Virus record (IMG/VR): IMGVR_UViG_3300010397_000001
Coordinates: 1-64,000 of that record
Reading direction: 5' to 3' (one strand)
Length of the DNA stretch: 64,000 nucleotides
From: a virus
Shown in pieces: positions 9,502 through 18,406 of the stretch; position 1 is the first letter of the stretch; each line of letters begins with the position of its first letter. Made by a program: the position numbers and the translations under genes. The notes under the pieces are model-generated. The model worked only from the letters and a program-made list of their open reading frames with translations, had not been told where the DNA came from and made no database searches.

Positions 9502-10455
9502 TTATCGCATCAAGAAGCGGCTCGACGCAATTCGGGCCTTGATCTCGTCGACTGTCATGTCTCCAGGATCCTTTTTGCGCAGCTTGCCGTAGCGCACTCG
9601 CTTGACCAGGAAGTGCCGGCGCAGGTCGCGCTCACGGTCATAGCGCCATGAACCGTCAGACCTTTCGGTGAAGCCCTTGGCTCCTTGGTGCGCCGTTTCT
9701 CCGCCGGCATCGTTGTCGTAGAAGAGCACGACAGTCACGGTGCCCATGCGCCGCAGGATCTTGATCTGTTCCGCCGTGACGTAGGTGCCGTACTGCGCGA
9801 GACCGACGAAACCGGCCTGCCACACCTTCATCGCGTCCTTCGGCCCTTCACAGAGCACGACGGTAGACGACGGGTGTTCGACGGCCAGCCAGGAACCGAA
9901 GAGGTTGTGTTTCTTGTCGAAGCCCTTCGGGTCCTTGTAACGATTCTGTGCGTCCGGTCCGAGGAACCGCTTCGTCACGCCCAACAGCCGGCCGTGATAG
10001 TCACGTACCGGGATCACGGCCGCCTCAGCCATGATGTCGTAGCCCAGGTCGAAAGTATCGATGATGTCCTGGGTGAAACCACAGTGCTCCGTCCAGTAGC
10101 CGCTTTCGTAGCGGTACCGGTCGAGCGTGTCTTCTGGCAGCCACGTGGGCACGTCCGTACCGTCCTGTTGCGCACGGAGCTTCGCGAGCTTCGTCGTCAG
10201 AACGTGCAAGGCTTCCTCCGTCCGGTCCCATGTGTAGTGGACTCCGACTAGCTTCGCGAGCTTCTTCATACCGCCGGAGATGTGACAACCATGGCAGAAG
10301 AAGACGCCCTTCGCAACATTAATGCGCATAGAGGCGTTTCGGTCGCCGTGGGATGGGCACAGCACGCCGTACTCATCACCTGAATGTTCCTTGACGGTGA
10401 AGTGGGCTTCGACGAACCTCGCGTGACTGCTTGCTGTGACCGTCGAGCTTCCCAC
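9502..10455 (-). CDS. DNA primase (CHC2 zinc finger + TOPRIM)
   Basis: CPSHGD...FFCHGC; CEGPKD and YDNDAGG TOPRIM motifs; KDPGD. Confidence 0.92.
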   Translation of the reverse strand: MGSSTVTASSHARFVEAHFTVKEHSGDEYGVLCPSHGDRNASMRINVAKGVFFCHGCHISGGMKKLAKLVGVHYTWDRTEEALHVLTTKLAKLRAQQDGTDVPTWLPEDTLDRYRYESGYWTEHCGFTQDIIDTFDLGYDIMAEAAVIPVRDYHGRLLGVTKRFLGPDAQNRYKDPKGFDKKHNLFGSWLAVEHPSSTVVLCEGPKDAMKVWQAGFVGLAQYGTYVTAEQIKILRRMGTVTVVLFYDNDAGGETAHQGAKGFTERSDGSWRYDRERDLRRHFLVKRVRYGKLRKKDPGDMTVDEIKARIASSRFLMR

Positions 10456-11747
10456 TACCCACGCTCCCTGATTGAGTTTTTGTCGTCCTCGTCCGCGTCA
10501 GCTTCCATGAGAGCTTCGGCGGCGTCGTACGAGATGCTCTTGATGAGTCCCTTACCTGGTTGGAACTGAACCCACCACATGAACCCTCCAGGTCCATTGC
10601 GGTTCTTGGCCATCTTCATCTTGATGACCGATCTGCTCTTCTGACGTTGAGTCACCAACACATCAGCATCCTGGCCGATGGCGTCTGAGCCGGCCAGTGC
10701 TTCGGCGTCGGGTGGGTCACCCTTACCGGCACCGTCCGATCTATTGAGCTGAGCGGCGGCCACGATGGGGATCTGGTAGGTGGCGGCCAGACCCTTCAAC
10801 TCTCCGGACAGCTTGGCGATGCCCTGCCAGTCCGCTTCACTTCGCTTCATCAACGTGAGGTAGTCGATGAAGACGATGTCCGGCTTGTGTGTCTCGATCT
10901 GTGCGGCCACAGTGAATGGGGACACCAGGCCGCGCGACGCATCAGAGACGTGCAGGCGTCCCTTGATGTGCTTCTTCATCTTGGCAAGGAACGCCTCGTA
11001 GGCGGCGAGGTCGAACCCCTTGCCCTGCATCAGTGAGGTGTTCTGGAAAATCTGCTTGCCGTACGTGCTGGACAGCAAGGCGTGGATGCGCATGCCCACC
11101 TGCGCTCTGGTCTGTTCCAACGCGTCGAACACGACGGCGTAACCATTGGCCGCAGCCATGGACGCCTCGTTCTGGATGACCCACGACTTTCCCTCGCCCA
11201 GTCGCGCGGCCCAGATAATCAGTTCGCCAGGGTTGTACCCGCCGAGACGTTCGTTGATGACATCAAGTGCTGATGGCACGCCGGCTGACCCGTTGGCGTC
11301 TGCACGTTCCTTGCGTTCCCTGACGTCTAGCAGGATGTCCTGATAGGAGCTGAATATGTCTTCGTCGCCTAGTGTTCCGATGGACGCCTGGACAGTCACC
11401 AGTCGAGACGTCATGGTGCGTACTGCTGTGTCGATGTCGCCATCGCTGATCGACTCTGCCACATCGGACAGCACTTCGGTCAGCATGTGTTTCACATGCG
11501 ACTGACGTACCTCGTCGCAGAAGTGTTCAGTGTCAGAAGTCTTGCGGATCACAAAGTCAGGGAACTTGGCCTTGAACGCCTCACGCCCTGGTGTGCGCTT
11601 GTACTTGCGCTGGAAGTCTTCCAGCCATTGCCACTCTTCATCGTGCGAATGGAACATGTCACTTGTGATGCCGCGCCGTAGAGCCGTGCGTAGCTCTTTG
11701 CTGTTCAACACACTCGATATCAAGTGCACTTCCGGTGACACTGGCAA
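10455..11747 (-). CDS. dnaB: DnaB-like replicative helicase
   Basis: ARLGEGKS Walker A, IDYLTLM, AQLNR, SDAIGQDAD and KNRNG motifs. Confidence 0.92.
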   Translation of the reverse strand: MPVSPEVHLISSVLNSKELRTALRRGITSDMFHSHDEEWQWLEDFQRKYKRTPGREAFKAKFPDFVIRKTSDTEHFCDEVRQSHVKHMLTEVLSDVAESISDGDIDTAVRTMTSRLVTVQASIGTLGDEDIFSSYQDILLDVRERKERADANGSAGVPSALDVINERLGGYNPGELIIWAARLGEGKSWVIQNEASMAAANGYAVVFDALEQTRAQVGMRIHALLSSTYGKQIFQNTSLMQGKGFDLAAYEAFLAKMKKHIKGRLHVSDASRGLVSPFTVAAQIETHKPDIVFIDYLTLMKRSEADWQGIAKLSGELKGLAATYQIPIVAAAQLNRSDGAGKGDPPDAEALAGSDAIGQDADVLVTQRQKSRSVIKMKMAKNRNGPGGFMWWVQFQPGKGLIKSISYDAAEALMEADADEDDKNSIRERG

Positions 11748-11913
11748 GGCGTCCCCCTATCTGGCCCATATGCAGATGAAGCCTCGCAACGGATGGGCTT
11801 CCCATTCCCGTCCATCGCAAGGCATGCCGAGATCATTAGCAAGATCACGACTTGGATACCCAACCAGTTTATGACCTTGCTAAACCCCTTGTCCTACAAC
11901 GGATTCAGAGCAT

Positions 11914-11949
11914 AAAGAAACGGCCACCAGCTTTGTCGCCAGTGGCCGT
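11914..11949 (-). terminator. Intrinsic terminator after the 11968-12474 gene
   Basis: ACGGCCAC/GTGGCCGT stem followed on the minus strand by TTCTTT. Confidence 0.6.
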
Positions 11950-11967
11950 CCTTTGTGTACTGTCCAG

Positions 11968-12474
11968 TTAGGACTTCTTCGCCCTCTTCATCTTTACAGT
12001 CTTCTTGGCCGACTTCTTCACCTTCTTCATGGCCTTCGCCGGCTCTGCTTTCTTGCTGGTGCGCTTCTTGATGTTGGCCTTGCGGTAGTCCGGGATCTCC
12101 TCCGGCGGCACCAGACGCCATCCGCCCATCTCCACGGTGAAGCCCAACTGACGCGCGCGCGTCAGCACCTGGTTGAAGATGGTCGAGACCGGCTTGACGT
12201 TTCCACCAGTAGTGGTCTCACCGTCGAAGCACGTGACCAGGGCGTCATGGACTGCCTTACGGTCCTGCCCTCCGAGTCTGATGACTTCGTAGGCCCTGTG
12301 CAGATCCGAGTTCATGAGGAAGCCCAGCTCGTCACGCGTCTTGTCGTCAGGTGTTTCAACGACCTCCACCACGACGTCAGCCGGCTTCGCGCGCATTGCC
12401 TTCTTGGCGCTCTTGGCGGCTTTCGGCTTCACAGCCTTGCGCGCGCTCTTCACTACCTTCTTAGCCACAGCCAT
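11968..12474 (-). CDS. Basic protein with Lys/Ala-rich termini, putative DNA-binding
   Basis: KKAxK-rich N- and C-termini around a roughly 90 aa core; RBS GGAG. Confidence 0.6.
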   Translation of the reverse strand: MAVAKKVVKSARKAVKPKAAKSAKKAMRAKPADVVVEVVETPDDKTRDELGFLMNSDLHRAYEVIRLGGQDRKAVHDALVTCFDGETTTGGNVKPVSTIFNQVLTRARQLGFTVEMGGWRLVPPEEIPDYRKANIKKRTSKKAEPAKAMKKVKKSAKKTVKMKRAKKS

Positions 12475-12586
12475 CTAATTCACTCCATGTAGTTCCAAAG
12501 TTCAGTTAAGCCACTGTAGCACTAGTACTTAACTCTATGAAGATCAGCACTCTGTAGTAGATGTCTACTGTGTTCAGCCACTCAAG

Positions 12587-12645
12587 GGCGTAGGTGTGTA
12601 GGCTAGCTGCGCTTTAGGCTGCGCTTAAGCCTACACACCTACGCC
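12587..12645. repeat. Perfect 18-bp inverted repeat in the divergent intergenic region
   Basis: GGCGTAGGTGTGTAGGCT ... AGCCTACACACCTACGCC; the spacer holds GCTGCGCTT twice. Confidence 0.85.
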
Positions 12646-12846
12646 AACTCTTGTCCTTAAAGGACTTTAGCCATAGTTATCTCGCGCATGCGTACGCGCG
12701 TAAGGGAAGCGTGAGGCGACGTGGTCCGATTTCCTTGCTGCGCAGTGTTTTCATGAGGTGATCACAAGTCGTCAGAATGTCCGATTCACACCATGAATCC
12801 ACCCAAACGGCCTGCCATTTGCTGACCGAAAGTATGATTCAGGGGG

Positions 12847-12875
12847 TTGATTTACCGGGGGTAAACGACTAGGCT
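12847..12875 (+). promoter_or_regulatory. Housekeeping-sigma-type promoter
   Basis: TTGATT - 17 bp - TAGGCT at the head of the plus-strand early region. Confidence 0.6.
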
Positions 12876-12879
12876 TGCG

Positions 12880-13041
12880 TTGCACGGCAAGCAAGGGGAC
12901 AGGGTCGGCGCAAGCGGCCCACACGTTCATTGGCAACTACACGCGGTTTACGGATCACCCCTAGTGGGATGGCGAAGCGCTAGCAACAGGCTTACCGCGT
13001 GTGGCGATGTCAAGTGCGTGCACAACCAAGCACCGTTGCAC
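12880..13041 (+). ncRNA. Candidate structured leader or small RNA
   Basis: GGGTCGGC-GCAA-GCGGCCC hairpin; TACACGCGGT (12938-47) pairs with ACCGCGTGTG (12994-13003), extended by TTGGCA/TGTCAA; no convincing ORF. Confidence 0.45.
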
Positions 13042-13189
13042 TTGTTCTTTGATGAACTGAATATCTGGCTTCACTAGCTAGCCCTGCTGACGCGTCCCTG
13101 TGACGCGCGTAGGCCAGGAAGGTACCTGGACTAGGGCTAGCCGTGGAAGGACGGTCACACGCGCGCACAGCGTCTTTAAGGGGCATCCC

Positions 13190-13369
13190 ATGACTGCTGT
13201 CGCACCGACCACCTATGGTCCTGCCGCTCGGCGCTCCGCACTGGCGGACTACCGACGTAAGCAGGCCATGACGGACCAGGAACGCGATTCGCGAACCTGG
13301 ACGGCCATGGCTTCCGAACTCCGCGCCGACTATGACGCGACGGAAGCCAAGCACCCCGGCTGTTTCTGA
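13190..13369 (+). CDS. Small hypothetical early protein
   Basis: RBS AAGGGG before ATG; phage-like codon usage. Confidence 0.5.
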   Translation: MTAVAPTTYGPAARRSALADYRRKQAMTDQERDSRTWTAMASELRADYDATEAKHPGCF

Positions 13370-13495
13370 CCGCAACCGCTCACAGACAACCCAACCATTC
13401 ATCTGTGCGCGTTTGTGACTGTCCTTCCACGTTCTGTGCACTCCAGTGGGCCACGCTGGCGCACGCGTCCTGCCACCCCTGAAAGGGGAATCGAC

Positions 13496-14101
13496 ATGAC
13501 CCGTCACCAGCTCTGGCTTGTGTACGCCGCTCTTACGCCTGTTCTCGCAGCGTCGGCGTACGCGTCTTTCAACCACACGGTGCACGTGGCGCAACGGTAT
13601 GGGCAGGATGTTGTTTCCGCCCACCTGTTGCCGCTCTCGATCGACGGCCTGATGCTGGTTGCCAGCATCGTGCTCACGTCGGCGAAAACCAGGCGCGCGA
13701 TCTTCATCGCACGCGCCACGCTGGTGCTCGGCTTCACCGCTTCGTTCGCAGCGAACATGCTGGCGACTCAGGGCGGCGTAATCGCGCACATCATCAGCGG
13801 ATGGTTCGCCGCCTCGTTGTTGCTGGGAGTTGAACTCCTCCAGCACACGAACACGCGCAGCATGAAGGTTCGCGCCACCAAGGCCGAACTAGAGGCAGCC
13901 GCGATCGAGGCAGAAGCTACGGCAAAGGCCGAAGAAGAGGCGCGCATAGCCGCTGCCCTTAAGGCCAAGCGCCAGGAATCCGCTCGCAAGGGCGTAGAGA
14001 CCAAGCGCGCCAAGAAAGCTGCTGTTGCCACCAAGCGCCCCTCACGCAAACTCACGATCGTTGCAGCGTCCGATGACGTTCCGACCGCTCAAGTTTCCTA
14101 G
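13496..14101 (+). CDS. DUF2637-like membrane protein (actinomycete plasmid spread-protein-like)
   Basis: ASF.H...VA..YG......LLPLSIDGL..VAS and S..AN motifs; four TM segments and a basic tail. Confidence 0.7.
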   Translation: MTRHQLWLVYAALTPVLAASAYASFNHTVHVAQRYGQDVVSAHLLPLSIDGLMLVASIVLTSAKTRRAIFIARATLVLGFTASFAANMLATQGGVIAHIISGWFAASLLLGVELLQHTNTRSMKVRATKAELEAAAIEAEATAKAEEEARIAAALKAKRQESARKGVETKRAKKAAVATKRPSRKLTIVAASDDVPTAQVS

Positions 14102-14242
14102 ACCTTTTCCTACGCCGCGCGTCAGCGTGGCCCTCTAGGGTGCACAGGATGTGAAGCCATTCCGTTTTGCTTGCGGACACCTGCCTAGGGTATGGAGCGC
14201 GTTCAGTAGACGAATGCTAAACCCCTTCCCAAGGAGCACACT

Positions 14243-14617
14243 ATGGCAGTTTTGGCGCGCAGAATGTTTGTTTCCGGCCCCGTTGGTGCCACCCTCAGGG
14301 CGGACTACGTGAAGAAAGTTCGTCAGTACTACCGCGCGGTTGCGGCTGACATCAAGTCCGTACCTCGCGTTCACATCACGGTGGAAGGTACCTCGCAACT
14401 CGTGTTGAACGTGCCCGATCGTGACGTGTTCATCAGAGTTACTCACCCTGAAGAGATGTTCGAACTGACCGGAGACAAGGCCGACCGCAAGTGGTGGGTC
14501 GGCGTGGTCGACTCAGAAACCGGTGAAGACCTGTCGTACGCGATGTATGGCGCTAATTCCGACACAGCGACCATCGCTCGTCGGGTTGATGCGTTGTTCC
14601 GCAAGGTTTCCAAGTAA
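14243..14617 (+). CDS. Hypothetical protein
   Basis: RBS AAGGAG; 124 aa. Confidence 0.6.
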   Translation: MAVLARRMFVSGPVGATLRADYVKKVRQYYRAVAADIKSVPRVHITVEGTSQLVLNVPDRDVFIRVTHPEEMFELTGDKADRKWWVGVVDSETGEDLSYAMYGANSDTATIARRVDALFRKVSK

Positions 14618-14710
14618 GGCCGAACTCCAGCCCCTAGGCATATGCCCGCAAGCAAGACGGACCCTGTAGGCAGACACACGCGCACGGTTCACCCTTTGAA
14701 AGGGGTGGCC

Positions 14711-14971
14711 ATGCCTCCGGTCAAGAAAACACTGCCGGCCGCTCTGACTCCAGTCAAGAAGACGGCCAAGAAGGTTGCTCCTCGTCCTGTTCGTGCGGTT
14801 GCGCCGCCGGCTGGCATCGAGGTACGTATGACGCGTTCGCGTGAAACCAAGGGAACATACGTCTACGAGGACAGCACGGAAGGTACGCCTATCCGTGCGC
14901 TGTACATTTCGAAAGGGACCACAGACCAGGAACCTCCACTGTCCATCGTGGTCACTATCCTGCCTGCCTGA
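14711..14971 (+). CDS. Hypothetical protein with basic N-terminus
   Basis: RBS AAAGGGG; RETKGTYVY..LYI.K motif. Confidence 0.55.
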   Translation: MPPVKKTLPAALTPVKKTAKKVAPRPVRAVAPPAGIEVRMTRSRETKGTYVYEDSTEGTPIRALYISKGTTDQEPPLSIVVTILPA

Positions 14972-15267
14972 TTCATTCAGCCCGTGCGCGTGTGCGTGCC
15001 TACAGGGGTATTCGGGTCAAACTACACAGAGGAAAGTGGGTAGGGGACTTAGCACCCCTGCCACCCTCTCGTACGTCCTAGTGGAGGCACGCGCATTCAG
15101 GGCGTACGGGGGTAGGTAGATGCCCCATGGGGCACAGAACGGCGCTACACGGGCCTTACAGGGGCCTTGACGCGCGTCGCCTAGACAGGGTGGCAGGCTG
15201 CCTTACGGGCAGTTAGGGGCTGTGCGCCTCTACCGATGTTCGTAGACATGCGCCACGGATTCACACT

Positions 15268-15654
15268 GTGAATGGAGTGGTGAACATGGACGCCAATGCA
15301 GCACTCAAAGAGATCCGGGAAATGATCAAGGACCTGGACGGCGCCGACCAGAGCAGCCAGCGGTATCGAGGGCTGGTCGCCGATTTCATCGGGACGGTTA
15401 GCGGGCTCGACGACAGCCTGTCACGTGGTGGCTTCCTGCCCAAAGAGTGGCAGCAGAAGGCAGACGCTGATCTGCTGAAGCTTGAGGGCCAGGTTGAGTC
15501 AGCTCGTACCAACCTGGCCTTGTTGGAGAGGTACTTCGAACAGCATCCACTGGGATCAGTCTTCGTGGAAGAGCAACTGACGTTCGGCATGGAAAATGTG
15601 AAGCGCGCTCAACAGCTGGTCGACAGGATGCTGTCACGCGCGCAGAACCGCTAG
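15268..15654 (+). CDS. Hypothetical protein
   Basis: MDANAAL...LD..LSRGGFLP.EW pattern, reminiscent of actinophage early proteins. Confidence 0.6.
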   Translation: MNGVVNMDANAALKEIREMIKDLDGADQSSQRYRGLVADFIGTVSGLDDSLSRGGFLPKEWQQKADADLLKLEGQVESARTNLALLERYFEQHPLGSVFVEEQLTFGMENVKRAQQLVDRMLSRAQNR

Positions 15655-16240
15655 AGCAACGTCGTTCCGTGGCGCTTGCCTGCGAACATCGGTAGGGGAA
15701 TGGGAGCACAGGCAGCCAAGAGACTCCGACAGGCAAGCTTCAAGCGCTGAAAAGCAGAGACGGTTGCGGGCGGTACATCAGCCGAATCGGGTTACCGGTT
15801 ACGTCTAGGCGAAGTAGAGCGCGACGACCACGGATACACAGCGATCCAACTACCGGGGGTGCCCGGGGTGACGGGGACTCGCTTGACCACGTGGACAGCA
15901 CGCGTTAACGGAGACACAGCAGGCGAACAAGCAGTCAGAAAGCAGTCCGCAGCGCGAGGCGCAAGGGACGCAGGCATGGCACTCATAGAGAAGTGCCCAG
16001 CCGATGCCCTACCCGACCACACCAGCGGTACGCCAGTACAGAGCCGGCTAGGTGTGGGAAGTCCCTGGGAGTGTTGGCTCCCGCATAGGGCAGATCCTGG
16101 CGATAGCTGACGTGAATCTCCACCGCGTAGACGTGTCCGCAGGTGTAGCAATGACGTTGGACGTGAACCTCATGCGTATCCCGGGCGTCGGGTGCCTTTG
16201 TGCCCCCGACGTACCGGCAAGTCGCATGATGGGGCGACTG
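15655..16240 (+). ncRNA. Candidate large structured non-coding RNA
   Basis: About 590 nt without a credible ORF; closing helix 15657-66/16150-59 and many nested stems (see findings). Confidence 0.5.
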
Positions 16241-16256
16241 GAAAGAGGACAGGGCA

Positions 16257-16415
16257 ATGCAGACAGTGGATCGAATCAGGACAGTGGTCACTGAGATCAA
16301 GCAGTGGCGCTACGAAGAGGGGTACCCGCACAACAGGGAAGCGCGGATCATCTTTGACAGCAGGACCGGCACTCCTCGGCTCGTACCTTCGGAGCCGGTG
16401 AAGTGGAATGGTTGA
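16257..16415 (+). CDS. Small hypothetical protein (52 aa, not in the ORF track)
   Basis: RBS GAGGA then MQTVDRIRTVVTEIKQWRYEEGYP...; overlaps the next start codon. Confidence 0.5.
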   Translation: MQTVDRIRTVVTEIKQWRYEEGYPHNREARIIFDSRTGTPRLVPSEPVKWNG

Positions 16416-16692
16416 CATCTACAAGCCTGGAGTGGGGCGGCTGTTCGTCTACCCACGTACGGGTGAGCCGCTACCGAAACGCGGAGATCCAGCGCTGCTG
16501 ATGGCGCACCACTACGGCGAACAGATCGGAGCGTGGCGCGGACAACACCACCACAGCAAGTGGGGCAGCAACCCCTACAGGAGCGCGTGGCGTCAGTTCG
16601 TGACACAGTTTCCGGAAGAAGATCGGGAAATGCTGTACGAGTGGTACATCCATGGTTTGTACAGCGCTTTCAAGGTACACAACGTAAGGTGA
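16408..16692 (+). CDS. Hypothetical protein
   Basis: Operon-coupled ORF. Confidence 0.5.
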   Translation: MVDIYKPGVGRLFVYPRTGEPLPKRGDPALLMAHHYGEQIGAWRGQHHHSKWGSNPYRSAWRQFVTQFPEEDREMLYEWYIHGLYSAFKVHNVR

Positions 16693-16779
16693 CCCAGCGG
16701 CATCGGTTTCCGCACGGAAGAGTCCGTGCGGTTTCCTGCTGTTGGGTATTGTTCACTCATTGAATGATGAGAGGTGCAC

Positions 16780-17394
16780 ATGCCGACATACACGGGTCAT
16801 GGTGACTACAGCGAAGACGAGTGGCCCTACGATCACATCCCGGAGGGCGATACCAAAGAAGATTGGGTTGCCTGGATCCCAGCCATCAAGGAAGTTATTG
16901 AGACCGGCTGGTTTGACGGCTACCTGAAGGAGATCGGAGCGGCGGCGCGCGACCGGTTCATGAGGTTGAAGGCTGCCGAGGCGGCCAACCCCACCGTTGA
17001 CCCGATGCATTCGGCAAGCTCACTCGGTGTGTACTACGACCCTACGGATGACGCTTACTACCGTGTGCGGCGTACGAAGGACAGGGCACGCACTTACGCC
17101 GAAAAGCTCGTCGTGGAGACGGCGGCTGTGGTCGACTCGGCTGGCAAGGTCACCACTCCGGCCAAGGTGCGTTTCAGCTATGAAGATGCCAAGGGGAAAG
17201 TTTTCGACCTTGTGCGGCGTCCTGAGTTGAAGATCGACCTAGACAAAGCGCGTGACTTTGGTGCGGCGTACGGGGTCTGCCTCCGGTGTGGCCGTGGTTT
17301 GAAGTCCAACTCGCCTCACATCAAGGAAATGATCGGTCCAGTCTGTTACCGGAAGATCAAGGATGGCGAAGGAGCCGACGATGGCGATTCGTAA
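16780..17394 (+). CDS. DUF6011-like zinc-finger protein
   Basis: C-terminal CLRCGRGL...IGPVC motif. Confidence 0.6.
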   Translation: MPTYTGHGDYSEDEWPYDHIPEGDTKEDWVAWIPAIKEVIETGWFDGYLKEIGAAARDRFMRLKAAEAANPTVDPMHSASSLGVYYDPTDDAYYRVRRTKDRARTYAEKLVVETAAVVDSAGKVTTPAKVRFSYEDAKGKVFDLVRRPELKIDLDKARDFGAAYGVCLRCGRGLKSNSPHIKEMIGPVCYRKIKDGEGADDGDS

Positions 17395-18406
17395 GTTGAA
17401 GTCTGCTGAGGCACGGTTCCTACCGACCAACAAGGTCGCCACCATCCCCAGCCGGAAGATCCTGGAAAAGTACAAGCCGCGCACCATCTACGGTGTGGAG
17501 GACATGGAGCTGCTGGAAAAGGCACGCCTTAATGGAATGAACGTCCTGCTTGAGGGTCCAACCGGCGCAGGCAAGACGATGCTCACGAAGGCGTACGCGG
17601 CGAAGTACCGCAAGCCGTACTTCGCCAAGCCGAACAACGCCGGCATCGAGCCGGAGGAGCTGATCGGCAAGTGGATCCCTGATCCCAACAACGCGGGCGC
17701 GTGGCTGTACGTGCCTGGCGGTCTCTACGACGTCATCGAGCATGGTGGTGTCAGCTTGAGCAGTGAAATCAACTTCCTGCCTGACCGCGTCGCGTCGATC
17801 CTATACGAGGTGTTCGATGGTCGTCGGTCAGTTACTGTTTCCCGTGACGACCACACTCACGTGATCCAGGCGCACCGTCCGAACTGCTGGTGTGATCTTT
17901 CACTAGCTGAATGCCAGTCGAAGTGGCCGCTCCTGATTGCGGACATGAACCCTGGTTACAGCGGCACTAGAGATCTCAACCAGGCGCTACGAAACCGATT
18001 CGGTCTGATCATTGCGATGGACTACGACAAGGATGTCGAGCAGCAGCTGATCAAGTCAAAGACGCTGCTCAAGATGGCGTGGGATATCCGCACCTCAGCC
18101 GAATCTACTGGTGCTTACACCGATCCAGTCAGCACCAACATGCTGGAAGAGTTTGAAATCGTGGTTCGTGTTGCCGGTCTCGATGCGGCCATGGAAAACT
18201 TCGCCAACCACTTCGTGCAGAGCAGCGAGCGGGCAGCGATCCGCGGCCTGTTCTCCAACCTGCACAGCAACCTTTGGTCGGATTACCGGCGCATCGCTGC
18301 CGAAGCTGAGGGCGTGGAGTACGACCCGATCGAAGATGAGAAAGATCCGGTGCTCAACTCTTCTGACTTCGATGATGGCATGGATGACGATTGGTTGAAG
18401 TCATGA
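17381..18406 (+). CDS. MoxR/CbbQ-type AAA+ ATPase
   Basis: LEGPTGAGKT Walker A, LSSEIN Walker B variant, MNPGYSG..LNQALRNRF. Confidence 0.9.
   Translation: MAIRKLKSAEARFLPTNKVATIPSRKILEKYKPRTIYGVEDMELLEKARLNGMNVLLEGPTGAGKTMLTKAYAAKYRKPYFAKPNNAGIEPEELIGKWIPDPNNAGAWLYVPGGLYDVIEHGGVSLSSEINFLPDRVASILYEVFDGRRSVTVSRDDHTHVIQAHRPNCWCDLSLAECQSKWPLLIADMNPGYSGTRDLNQALRNRFGLIIAMDYDKDVEQQLIKSKTLLKMAWDIRTSAESTGAYTDPVSTNMLEEFEIVVRVAGLDAAMENFANHFVQSSERAAIRGLFSNLHSNLWSDYRRIAAEAEGVEYDPIEDEKDPVLNSSDFDDGMDDDWLKS

Noticed and set aside
15655-16240. RNase P RNA, tmRNA or group I/II intron identity for the structured region
   Set aside because: GGGAAGTCC at about 16056 only loosely resembles the RNase P motif and is misplaced; no tRNA-like ends, GUGYG start, domain V or interrupted host gene were found
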